A stretch of DNA of 14,913 bases, from IMG/VR virus record IMGVR_UViG_3300021467_000082. The stretch is one strand, 5' to 3'. The notes beneath the pieces were generated by a model. That model was not told the DNA's origin and searched no databases. It worked only from the letters and a program-made list of their open reading frames with translations. This stretch comes from a virus. Lineage: Duplodnaviria > Heunggongvirae > Uroviricota > Caudoviricetes. Below are positions 6,901 through 14,138 of this stretch, piece by piece. Position 1 is the first letter of the stretch. Each line of letters starts with the position of its first letter. The position numbers and the translations under genes were made by a program.

Positions 6901-7395
6901 TTATTTTCTAGTTTTAGGGTCTATGTATTTCTCCATTCCTATTTTTCTCAATATTTCTTTCTCTGTATGTGCCACACGATTTCCGTCTTTGTCCCATAAG
7001 CCGTATTCGTTTAATCTGTACCCCAATTTTTTAGCATTTGATCTGCACCTAATATTAAACCATTTAGAGCCCGTAAAATACAGTTTACCACTTTCAAATG
7101 TGTCATCATCAAATACGGCGATATCAATTTGTAAATCATTATTTAATACAAATCTTATATTCCTTTGGCCATATACTAAGCTTTTTCCATGTTCTTCATT
7201 TAGTATATTTTCTATACTACTACAAAACTCACCAAATTTATGCGGTACAACTACGATATCAATATCTCCTACTTCTGATTTTCCTCTTCGTATAGATCCG
7301 CATACTTCTATTTTTTTAGCTAATATTCTTTTGGTTATACTATCAGCTATAGCTTTTGCTTTTTCTAACTCGAATTTTTTTCCAAATCCGCCCAT
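6901..7395 (-). CDS. Minimal X-family DNA polymerase (palm plus thumb only), 164 aa
   Basis: CGSIRRGKSEVGDIDIVV (DxD), QIDI (third Asp), LYFTGS, AKKLGYRLNEYGL and TEKEIL..IGM..IDP. Confidence 0.9.
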   Translation of the reverse strand: MGGFGKKFELEKAKAIADSITKRILAKKIEVCGSIRRGKSEVGDIDIVVVPHKFGEFCSSIENILNEEHGKSLVYGQRNIRFVLNNDLQIDIAVFDDDTFESGKLYFTGSKWFNIRCRSNAKKLGYRLNEYGLWDKDGNRVAHTEKEILRKIGMEKYIDPKTRK

Positions 7396-7413
7396 AAAAA
7401 CGCCCCTTTTGAA

Positions 7414-7487
7414 TGCGCCTGGCAGGATTCGAACCTGCGGCCTGCGGATTAGAAGTCCGCTGCTCTATCCAGCTGAGCTACAGGCGC
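7414..7487 (-). tRNA. tRNA-Arg(UCU), CCA not encoded
   Basis: GCGCCTG/CAGGCGC-A; GCGGA-CTTCTAA-TCCGC; GCAGG-TTCGAAT-CCTGC; followed by TTC. Confidence 0.95.
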
Positions 7488-8102
7488 CTAGTCCCACCAA
7501 CCTTCGATATTATCTGCCATAATATTAAATAATCTTTTGCGTAATCTGTTTTTTTCTTCTTCTTCTTTCGTGATTAATCTTTTGAACTCTTTTTCTGCTT
7601 CTCTATATTCATTCTCTGTTTGTACTTTTTCATATCCTCCTTCTGCTATGGATAATCCGTTTTCCATTTTTCTGAATGTTAATTTAATATGTCCATATTT
7701 TTTATAGAATTCACCAAACTCTTCTTCTAATACATTATCTTCAATTAATACGTCCAATATCCTAATGCATTCATCAATTTCTTTTATTTCCTTGTCTACA
7801 ACAGTAACAGAATGTAACTGCATGAATCGTTTCACTTTGGCTAATTTAGCTTTTAGAATGACGTAAATAAAGAAATAATCCCAATCTCTATCATACCATA
7901 TATATGGTAACCAATAAATTAGATTTCTACACGGAGTTTTAAGTCTATTAAATCTTACTTTAGGAATTTCTATCAAAGGATGAAGTTGGATATTTTTGAA
8001 TTCTTTATAATTAATCTTGCAGCTTAAATAATCATATTTTAATTCCTTTAACCAGCCTTTGAAATTATTATAGATTTCTTTACACCATTTATAAAAGTAC
8101 AT
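7488..8102 (-). CDS. Hypothetical phage protein, 204 aa
   Basis: ORF track; GGAGG SD; the stop codon abuts the tRNA-Arg +1 base. Confidence 0.8.
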   Translation of the reverse strand: MYFYKWCKEIYNNFKGWLKELKYDYLSCKINYKEFKNIQLHPLIEIPKVRFNRLKTPCRNLIYWLPYIWYDRDWDYFFIYVILKAKLAKVKRFMQLHSVTVVDKEIKEIDECIRILDVLIEDNVLEEEFGEFYKKYGHIKLTFRKMENGLSIAEGGYEKVQTENEYREAEKEFKRLITKEEEEKNRLRKRLFNIMADNIEGWWD

Positions 8103-8118
8103 TTAAGCCTCCACTGTG

Positions 8119-8192
8119 CGGAGCCTATGGGATTTGAACCCATGTTACCGACGTGACAGGCCGGCGTTCTGGCCAGACTGAACTAAGGCTCC
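8119..8192 (-). tRNA. tRNA-Asp(GUC), CCA not encoded
   Basis: GGAGCCT/AGGCTCC-G; CCGGC-CTGTCAC-GTCGG; ATGGG-TTCAAAT-CCCAT; followed by CAC. Confidence 0.94.
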
Positions 8193-8208
8193 AAATTTTG
8201 TTGTGATT

Positions 8209-8874
8209 CTACCTTAAGTGATTAATTTTATCTGGTGTCCAATGTTTAAGCCAATTTTCATCAGTTTGTATATGATTCTCTCTTACGTATTTCACTAGCT
8301 CCATAAAAAAATTAGAGGGATATAATATTTCGTCATCTATTCTAATTACATAACCCTCAGACTCTCTATCTAGACTTTTACAATAATTTAGCCAAATTTC
8401 ATGGATTTTATCTTCATCATATACTCCACGATATAAGACTGGTACTACAGATAATTCAATTTGTGTAATTTGTGCTATCCTATTTATTTCTTCTATCATA
8501 TCATCCCAACGTAACATATACTTATCTAGCCATATTGAAAAGACATAGAAATAAGATTCTAAATCATTATATTTTATACTATGTGTAGCATACATATTTT
8601 CGCCACATATCCTCATTCCTGGTTTAATAGCGTATTTTATACTATTCCATATAGCTTTAATCATATCTCTAGACCTATGATGCGAGTTTTGACTATTTAA
8701 TGCTCTAGCATGGATTGCGTTCCTATACATTGTAGTGTTTTCACCATCCAATTTTTCTGTTACTACCACTATTTTATTGTTAAATATTTCCATTTGTGGA
8801 TGGATTTTATCATCGTTAAAACATTTGCTCCAAGGTAAATGATAAGTCCGTGGGTATTTATATAAAACTTCCAT
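8209..8874 (-). CDS. ATP-dependent RNA ligase family protein (adenylyltransferase domain only), 221 aa
   Basis: KYPRTYHLPWS N-terminus, motif I TEKLDGEN, ICGEN (III), FYVF (IIIa), EGYVIR (IV) and KYVR (V). Confidence 0.88.
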   Translation of the reverse strand: MEVLYKYPRTYHLPWSKCFNDDKIHPQMEIFNNKIVVVTEKLDGENTTMYRNAIHARALNSQNSHHRSRDMIKAIWNSIKYAIKPGMRICGENMYATHSIKYNDLESYFYVFSIWLDKYMLRWDDMIEEINRIAQITQIELSVVPVLYRGVYDEDKIHEIWLNYCKSLDRESEGYVIRIDDEILYPSNFFMELVKYVRENHIQTDENWLKHWTPDKINHLR

Positions 8875-8909
8875 AATATATCCCCTAATATTTAAAATTA
8901 GCGTTTGTT

Positions 8910-8998
8910 CAGGCTGACATGTTATCGACTACTGGATTTACATCCAGCCGCATGGAATATAGTTTCCACTTTCCTTATTTATTGCTGAAGTCAGCCTT
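8910..8998 (-). ncRNA. Putative structured RNA, UUCAGCAA element copy A
   Basis: Minus strand A-AGGCTGAC-TTCAGCAA...CAT-GTCAGCCT-G: 8 bp terminal stem and two internal hairpins (TGGAA/TTCCA, CTGGA/TCCAG); no ORF; 26 nt downstream of tRNA-Ser(GCU). Confidence 0.7.
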
Positions 8999-9020
8999 AT
9001 TTCTATGTTTTATGTCTCAT

Positions 9021-9116
<96 letters not shown>

Positions 9117-9228
9117 ATACCAATAATTACCAAGAATAAGCAGCCAAAAATTCATCAAGCGGTTTAGTTCGTTTGAGAAATTCTTGGTAATGTTTTTCAC
9201 AAACATACAAGGCTGCACCCATTTATGC

Positions 9229-9798
9229 TTATAGTTTAATATTTTTCTCGTTAGCCACTATTTTCCATGTATTCATAAAATCAGCATCAAATTCTTGGAC
9301 AACACCTTTATCTAAAAATTTTCTAAACTCTCTGTTTACAAACTCTTCCAGCGATTTGTCAGAGAATTCTCCTAAATTAGTTGCCAATAACTGTAGTGGT
9401 GAATAAGTAGCATCTTTGAAGACTGCTCCTTGTATATAAGCCGCGAATAAATCGGCGCCTTCTAAGTTAGCAGCAGTCAAATCTGCTCTATTCAAATAGG
9501 TAAATCGTAAATTTGCATTGGTCAATATGCTATTTCTCAATATACTTCTTATTAAATAAGCCTTTTGTATGATAGCATTAGACATATTAGCATAGCTAAA
9601 ATCTGCTTCCATTAGATTAGTATGGCTCAGATTTGTGCCTCGTAAATCACATCCCCTAAAATTCGCTCGGCTCAAATTTGCTTCTCTGAAATCAACGTTT
9701 CGTAAATCTGCATTTTCAAAATTGGCGCGATACAAATTGACTCCTTGAAAAGATCTTTCACCTTGTCCGTACTTAACTATAACATCTTCGGCTTTCAT
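9229..9798 (-). CDS. Pentapeptide repeat protein, 189 aa
   Basis: Many A(N/D)(L/F)xx repeats (ANFEN ADLRN VDFRE ANLSR ANFRG...). True start is MKAEDV at 9798 with a GGAGG SD; the ORF-track extension runs into tRNA-Ser. Confidence 0.92.
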   Translation of the reverse strand: MKAEDVIVKYGQGERSFQGVNLYRANFENADLRNVDFREANLSRANFRGCDLRGTNLSHTNLMEADFSYANMSNAIIQKAYLIRSILRNSILTNANLRFTYLNRADLTAANLEGADLFAAYIQGAVFKDATYSPLQLLATNLGEFSDKSLEEFVNREFRKFLDKGVVQEFDADFMNTWKIVANEKNIKL

Positions 9799-9837
9799 TC
9801 CATCCTCCCAATTAATAAAATATGTTATCATATAAGA

Positions 9838-9927
9838 TGGAGGAGGGAGAGGGATTCGAACCCCCGGTTCCCGAAGGAACATGTGATTTCAAGTCACACG
9901 CCTTAAACCAGACTCGGCCACCCCTCC
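9838..9927 (-). tRNA. tRNA-Ser(UGA), CCA encoded, U73 discriminator
   Basis: GGAGGGG/TCCCTCC-T-CCA; TGTGA-CTTGAAA-TCACA; variable arm GTTCC-TTCG-GGAAC. Confidence 0.95.
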
Positions 9928-9947
9928 CATTTATTCATTTCAATTAT

Positions 9948-9976
9948 ATTATAACATATAATTATAAAAATGTAAA
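9948..9976 (-). promoter_or_regulatory. Sigma70-type promoter upstream of tRNA-Ser(UGA)
   Basis: TTTACA, 17 nt spacer, TATAAT, with an extended -10 TG, in the AT-rich gap between tRNA-Ile and tRNA-Ser. Confidence 0.75.
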
Positions 9977-9981
9977 CCATT

Positions 9982-10052
9982 TGGCGAGAGCTGGAATCGA
10001 ACCAGCATCGAGCGATTATCGGTCGCTTATTCTACCGTTGAACTATCCCGCC
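9982..10052 (-). tRNA. tRNA-Ile(GAU), C33 instead of U33, CCA not encoded
   Basis: GGCGGGA/TCTCGCC-A; AGCGA-CCGATAA-TCGCT; GCTGG-TTCGATT-CCAGC. Confidence 0.92.
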
Positions 10053-10059
10053 TATTAAT

Positions 10060-10461
10060 TTAATCATCTTTAATCCATTCTTCATAACAATTATCACATA
10101 AAACTTTACTCCATTTAATCTTGTTCAATTTTAATCCGCCAGGTTTGCCGCATGTTTCACATGTAGTTAATGATCTATATTCTGCCTCTGTTACTAGATG
10201 TCTTACAGCATCGGCTATTTGTTGAGAAGTTCCATTGGGAAATGAATAATAAAACCTTAACGAACCAAATTTTTCTTTTACTTGATCTGCAACTACTCCA
10301 CCTATTGCTTCTAATACATTTGATAACCAATCTATTAAATCATACCACCCGTCGCCACAAGTAAATCCCCAACCCATAGCCGATTCATAGATTGAAGCGT
10401 TGTAATTTTTATATAGATTGGGATATTTCTTAACTAATTTTTGCTCTAATTCTTTTCGCAT
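10060..10461 (-). CDS. Hypothetical phage protein with C-terminal CxxC zinc ribbon, 133 aa
   Basis: CGDGW...QVKEKFGSLRFY...CETCGKPG...CDNC, a pattern I recognise from phage hypothetical proteins; AGGAG SD. Confidence 0.82.
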   Translation of the reverse strand: MRKELEQKLVKKYPNLYKNYNASIYESAMGWGFTCGDGWYDLIDWLSNVLEAIGGVVADQVKEKFGSLRFYYSFPNGTSQQIADAVRHLVTEAEYRSLTTCETCGKPGGLKLNKIKWSKVLCDNCYEEWIKDD

Positions 10462-10465
10462 ATTA

Positions 10466-10669
10466 TTACTCCTTTAAGATAATATCTAAAGCTTTCTTTA
10501 GTAGTTTTAACGCACCGTCATCATACTGATGTTCGATTAGAGTGTTTTCGAATCCTTCCGGTTTAACTATTTTATAGACATTATCTCCATTTTCACCCGT
10601 TTTTATGCGTTGGATAAATATTGTATCTATATATTCTACTCTATTAACTGATAAATCCACAACTAACAT
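10466..10669 (-). CDS. Hypothetical protein, 67 aa
   Basis: ORF track; AGGAG SD; overlaps the upstream stop. Confidence 0.7.
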   Translation of the reverse strand: MLVVDLSVNRVEYIDTIFIQRIKTGENGDNVYKIVKPEGFENTLIEHQYDDGALKLLKKALDIILKE

Positions 10670-11099
10670 CTTGCAACTCCTTTGATAAATACTCGCTCAA
10701 TTCTTCATCTATTTCAAACGAATCTTCTATATATTCTCCTGGGTATGGTAGTGAATCTTCATTTCTAACTTTTTCAATAGCTTCTTCTAATGATTTAGCT
10801 TTTACTAATACAGTTGCACTTTCTTCCCATCTACAAGCTATTTTATAATATTTTTCCTTGGCTGGCGGGGCAGGATTCGAACCTGCGTTCCGAGATCCAA
10901 AGTCTCGTGTCCTACCTGTTGAACGACCCGCCATTAAGTGATGTGTTGTTCTAAAAACTCGTAGAGCGTTACGTATAAATTTCAAGGTTCCATGTGTTGA
11001 TATATTTCCAACACCTTCTATCCAATCATTCATTTCTAGTGCTTCTATATCTTCATCTGTCAAATTAGGTATATCTTTTAAGTAAATTTTTTTACCCAT
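10644..11099 (-). CDS. Hypothetical protein, 151 aa, reading in frame through tRNA-Gln
   Basis: GGAG SD at the start and no stop through the tRNA. The acidic C-terminal part (KYYKIACRWEESATVLVKAKSLEEAIEKV...) has no ATG/GTG/TTG of its own after the tRNA. Confidence 0.6.
   Translation of the reverse strand: MGKKIYLKDIPNLTDEDIEALEMNDWIEGVGNISTHGTLKFIRNALRVFRTTHHLMAGRSTGRTRDFGSRNAGSNPAPPAKEKYYKIACRWEESATVLVKAKSLEEAIEKVRNEDSLPYPGEYIEDSFEIDEELSEYLSKELQDVSCGFIS
10859..10933 (-). tRNA. tRNA-Gln(UUG), CCA encoded
   Basis: TGGCGGG/CCCGCCA-G-CCA; CGAGA-CTTTGGA-TCTCG; GCAGG-TTCGAAT-CCTGC. Confidence 0.95.
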
Positions 11100-11496
11100 T
11101 TTTAATCTCCTTCAATTTTAAATAGTTAGCTAATGTAGGTTCCCAATCGCTGTCTGTTGACCATACAGCTTTTTTAATTAATTCTTCTACTGGTTTGTTT
11201 TCATTGCCGAATCGTGCGTGCATTTCATATAAAACGTATAATGTTTCGCCTAACTCGTCAGCAATTTGTTTTAATATTGGTGCGTCGAAAGTTAAATCTA
11301 AGTCTCCATGCCAAATTTTACCTACGGACTTGATTATTACGTTTGCATTAAATATCACTAAGTTGTCCGGATATCTATTAGTATAGCCAGTTTTAGATCC
11401 ACTTACCATTCTACTGATAATTAATCCATGCTTTTCGAATATTTTGACATATTCCTTTACTTTACTATGATCAAAATCTGATGGATATTGAAACAT
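11092..11496 (-). CDS. Hypothetical phage protein, 134 aa
   Basis: ORF track; GAGGAG SD; 8 nt overlap with the next gene. Confidence 0.8.
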   Translation of the reverse strand: MFQYPSDFDHSKVKEYVKIFEKHGLIISRMVSGSKTGYTNRYPDNLVIFNANVIIKSVGKIWHGDLDLTFDAPILKQIADELGETLYVLYEMHARFGNENKPVEELIKKAVWSTDSDWEPTLANYLKLKEIKNG

Positions 11497-11498
11497 AA

Positions 11499-11762
11499 TT
11501 AAATCTCCTCTATATCAAATATTTCTATTTTGTTACCACTTAAAATTTCTATTTTTTTTCCACAGTATGGACATTTCTGTTCAGTTATATAAATAAATTT
11601 ATGTTCATACATATATGGCCCATTAGGATCATCATACCAAGTTGATAAGACTTTACACGGATAGGACATTGGCTCTCCAATATGTCTATGCTGATACCCA
11701 CTATTTTCATCTAAAAATTTTTTATAACTTTCAAAATCCTTTTCGTTATATAATGTAATCAT
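11499..11762 (-). CDS. Hypothetical protein with C-terminal CPYC, 87 aa
   Basis: ORF track; ATGA-coupled to the upstream gene. Confidence 0.75.
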   Translation of the reverse strand: MITLYNEKDFESYKKFLDENSGYQHRHIGEPMSYPCKVLSTWYDDPNGPYMYEHKFIYITEQKCPYCGKKIEILSGNKIEIFDIEEI

Positions 11763-12109
11763 ACAATCTTCTCCTTTAATTTGTCTCTGCCATACTCCAA
11801 TGCTTCTATAAAAGCTTCTATATGTTCTTTTTCTTCAATAACGATGTCATCTTCATATTCAAAATAACCATGAATTAAAATGTTATATGCTTTTTTAATT
11901 CGTAGTTTTAATCGCTGAAACCAATTCAAATCTTCCCATGTATCAACTACGTCTATTTTTCTATAAAAATGTAGATAGATATCATTCAGTTCTTTATCAT
12001 ATTCCAATTCAATAGTAGTATCATGAAAATCAGCATCACATCCGCACGCCAATCTAAAATAAACAGCGTCATCAAATTCTGATAACTTCATTACTCTATT
12101 GGATATCAT
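11759..12109 (-). CDS. Hypothetical protein (gene B of duplicated block, intact), 116 aa
   Basis: ORF track; ATGA coupling at both ends; paralogous to the C-terminal half of ORF 12662-13180. Confidence 0.8.
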   Translation of the reverse strand: MISNRVMKLSEFDDAVYFRLACGCDADFHDTTIELEYDKELNDIYLHFYRKIDVVDTWEDLNWFQRLKLRIKKAYNILIHGYFEYEDDIVIEEKEHIEAFIEALEYGRDKLKEKIV

Positions 12110-12348
12110 TCTACCCTCTTTTTTACATAGTTTATAATCTTTGTCAATTCTTTTACAAAATTTTCCATCTCTTTTAACGCTTTTTTACCACTGAAAACAA
12201 AAACCCGTTGTGATGGAGAAGTTCTACACGCTTTAGAATACATATAGCACTCAGATAATTTATTATCTTTTAGTATAATTGTTAACTCAAATCTATTATT
12301 TTGAATAGAGAAAGCATGTTCATAATATTCTTTCTTTGTATATTCCAT
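12106..12348 (-). CDS. Hypothetical protein (gene A of duplicated block, intact), 80 aa
   Basis: Start MEYTKKEY at 12348 with a GGAG SD, shorter than the ORF-track call. Confidence 0.75.
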   Translation of the reverse strand: MEYTKKEYYEHAFSIQNNRFELTIILKDNKLSECYMYSKACRTSPSQRVFVFSGKKALKEMENFVKELTKIINYVKKRVE

Positions 12349-12352
12349 AATT

Positions 12353-12439
12353 TCACTCCAACAATTCATTAAAATCGTCAATTAATACTTGTTTAAATTC
12401 AGGGTCTAACTCTACTAAATTATATTTATTTAAATAGAA
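12353..12439 (-). pseudogene. C-terminal remnant of gene Z (paralog of 13476-13766)
   Basis: LNKYNLVELDPEFKQVLIDDFNELLE vs LNKHNLVELEPEFEEILVKRFNELLE (18/26 identical); preceded by an in-frame TAA, no in-frame start. Confidence 0.8.
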
Positions 12440-12503
12440 TTACACAAATTATTAAAATCATAACTCCCATTATAATCCTCTTTCCATGTTTTAGTTTATA
12501 ATT

Positions 12504-12576
12504 TGCTCCGAGGGGGATTCGAACCCGCCGTCACAGGATTGAAAGTCCTGTATCCTAACCATTGAACGACCGGAGC
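12504..12576 (-). tRNA. tRNA-Glu(UUC), CCA not encoded, C:C mismatch in T stem
   Basis: GCTCCGG/TCGGAGC-A; CAGGA-CTTTCAA-TCCTG; GCGGG-TTCGAAT-CCCCC. Confidence 0.92.
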
Positions 12577-12661
12577 ATTTATCTATCACCCTTAAGCGTT
12601 TTAAGTATTGTTTTAACATTTCTTGGTCGCTCTAATTTTGATAGTTCATATTCTAAGGTTC

Positions 12662-13180
12662 CTATAAAAGCATATATAAACTATCACTTCCATTAATAAC
12701 AATGGCATCTTCGTATTCAATAAAACCATGTACCAAAAGGTTATATGCTTTTTTAATACGTAGTATAAGCCTTTTAAACCAACTTACGTCTTTCCGAGTA
12801 TCTACTATATTAACTGTTCCATAGAAACTTAGAATATTATTAAATTCCTTATTATATTCTAATTCATCAGCATCACGAGCGCGCGCCAATCTATGAAATA
12901 CGACATCATCAAATTTTGATAATTTCATAACGCGATTTGCCGGTATAGGTCTGTGTCGCCCACTTTTATTCCTGTTGTTAACTCTTTCTGTAAGATAAGA
13001 CTTCTCTTCATAGGAGAAATAGCCTATCAAATCCTCCGGTCTAGCCGTAACCCCTCTTAATTTCATGTTCCTTACATCAGCTGGTTTCCATGGAATATAA
13101 ACCCATTCGCCTTGTTTTAATTTATGCTCGCCGGCAATTCGTTCTGCGTCTTTAAACCGTTTAGCACTGATAAGTTTCAT
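12662..13180 (-). CDS. Fusion ORF: unrelated ~81 aa N-terminus plus degenerate copy of gene B, with C-terminal frameshift
   Basis: Residues 82-162 align to ORF 11759-12109 with a 7-aa deletion and CGC->RAR. Removing 2 nt from the AT run at 12672-12678 restores AFIGTLEYELSKL (cf. AFIEALEYGRDKL) up to a stop at 12579-12581. Confidence 0.7.
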   Translation of the reverse strand: MKLISAKRFKDAERIAGEHKLKQGEWVYIPWKPADVRNMKLRGVTARPEDLIGYFSYEEKSYLTERVNNRNKSGRHRPIPANRVMKLSKFDDVVFHRLARARDADELEYNKEFNNILSFYGTVNIVDTRKDVSWFKRLILRIKKAYNLLVHGFIEYEDAIVINGSDSLYMLL

Positions 13181-13189
13181 TTCTTACCT

Positions 13190-13479
13190 CTATTTTGATT
13201 TATTATTTAATGTAACTGCATATGATTCGTTTTTAACTTCATCACAGAATCGTAATAGATTTGTAGCAAAAACCTCTAAGGAAGTAAAACATCTTTTACC
13301 TTTAAATCTAACAACATCTTTACATATACTATAGTCATAATTACTTATTTAGCAATAGTCTAATGCACCATTATAAAAAGAATGATACATTAGACTATCT
13401 TTTTATGTAGACGTACTTCAAATTTTATATGATCTATATGAAATGTCTCTTCTATAAATTCTTCTTTGGTGTAATTCAT
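13190..13479 (-). pseudogene. Decayed paralog of gene A (frameshift plus premature stop)
   Basis: MNYTKEEFIEETFHIDHIKFEV vs MEYTKKEYYEHAFSIQNNRFEL; after a frameshift at the A-run 13400-13404 and a TAA at 13349-13351, VVRFKGKR..LEVF..L...VK vs VFVFSGKK..MENF..L...VK. Confidence 0.72.
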
Positions 13480-13766
13480 TTATCTTCCTCCAATAATTCA
13501 TTAAACCTTTTTACTAATATCTCCTCAAACTCTGGTTCTAACTCCACTAAATTATGTTTGTTTAATTTATTTTCTAGGTTTGATAATGAAGCATAAAATG
13601 CTTTTGTAGTTGTTATTTCAGTTTCAAATATGTCAGATGGATTTACACTTGTTAATCCAATTTCTATCATAATCGAGCCTAAATGATCTGCGTCATAATT
13701 CTCAGACAGTCTATTGATTAATTCTTGAACTTTTTCTAATTTTTTTAGTTCAACCTCAATTCTCAT
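13476..13766 (-). CDS. Hypothetical protein (gene Z of duplicated block, intact), 96 aa
   Basis: ORF track; GAGGT SD; ATGA-coupled to the A paralog. Confidence 0.8.
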   Translation of the reverse strand: MRIEVELKKLEKVQELINRLSENYDADHLGSIMIEIGLTSVNPSDIFETEITTTKAFYASLSNLENKLNKHNLVELEPEFEEILVKRFNELLEEDK

Positions 13767-13799
13767 TATAACCTCACTTATATCCCATTATTGTTATAT

Positions 13800-13872
13800 T
13801 GGAGCGGAAGGAAGGAATCGAACCTTCATCTGTAGATTGGGGATCTACCGCTCTACCATGAGCTACTTCCGC
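13800..13872 (-). tRNA. tRNA-Gly(CCC), C33 instead of U33, U73, CCA encoded
   Basis: GCGGAAG/CTTCCGC-T-CCA; GTAGA-TCCCCAA-TCTAC; GAAGG-TTCGATT-CCTTC. Confidence 0.92.
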
Positions 13873-13876
13873 TCAT

Positions 13877-13939
13877 CAGAGTGGCGCTTTGGCGTTTGGA
13901 TTAGCCGTCCAGACCAATATGTTTGCTGAAGCCACTCTT
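13877..13939 (-). ncRNA. Putative structured RNA, UUCAGCAA element copy B
   Basis: Minus strand A-AGAGTGGC-TTCAGCAA...GCCACTCT-G; internal TGGA-CGGCTAA-TCCA hairpin; 4 nt upstream of tRNA-Gly. Confidence 0.7.
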
Positions 13940-13960
13940 ATTAATTATTTTTTTACTAAG

Positions 13961-14044
13961 CAGGATGACATGCCAAGGCTAATCGGATCTTATTCCGACT
14001 AGTAAAGGATTTGAACCTTTTGTATTTTTGCTGAAGTCATCCTT
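13961..14044 (-). ncRNA. Putative structured RNA, UUCAGCAA element copy C
   Basis: Minus strand A-AGGATGAC-TTCAGCAA...CAT-GTCATCCT-G; contains the T-arm-like AAAGG-TTCAAAT-CCTTT and a 9 bp hairpin CTAGTCGGA-ATAAGA-TCCGATTAG; 6 nt downstream of tRNA-Leu. Confidence 0.72.
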
Positions 14045-14050
14045 ATGTGT

Positions 14051-14138
14051 TGGCCCAGGTGGGATTCGAACCCACACGGGTGACTAGCACCAAGGGATTT
14101 TAAGTCCCTTCCCTGCTACCTTGTTCGGGTACTGGGCC
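14051..14138 (-). tRNA. tRNA-Leu(UAA), long variable arm, CCA not encoded
   Basis: GGCCCAG/CTGGGCC-A; AGGGA-CTTAAAA-TCCCT; GTGGG-TTCGAAT-CCCAC. Confidence 0.94.

Noticed and set aside
6923-7522. 199-aa plus-strand ORF and nested 7098-7295
   Set aside because: Antisense to PolX and tRNA-Arg; Ser/Leu/Phe-rich shadow composition with no motifs.
9130-9225. 31-codon ORF MGAALYVCEKHYQEF... upstream of tRNA-Ser(GCU)
   Set aside because: No SD and no recognisable motif; cannot be supported.
9799-9882. N-terminal extension of the pentapeptide protein
   Set aside because: Overlaps tRNA-Ser(UGA); a GGAGG SD supports the start at 9798.
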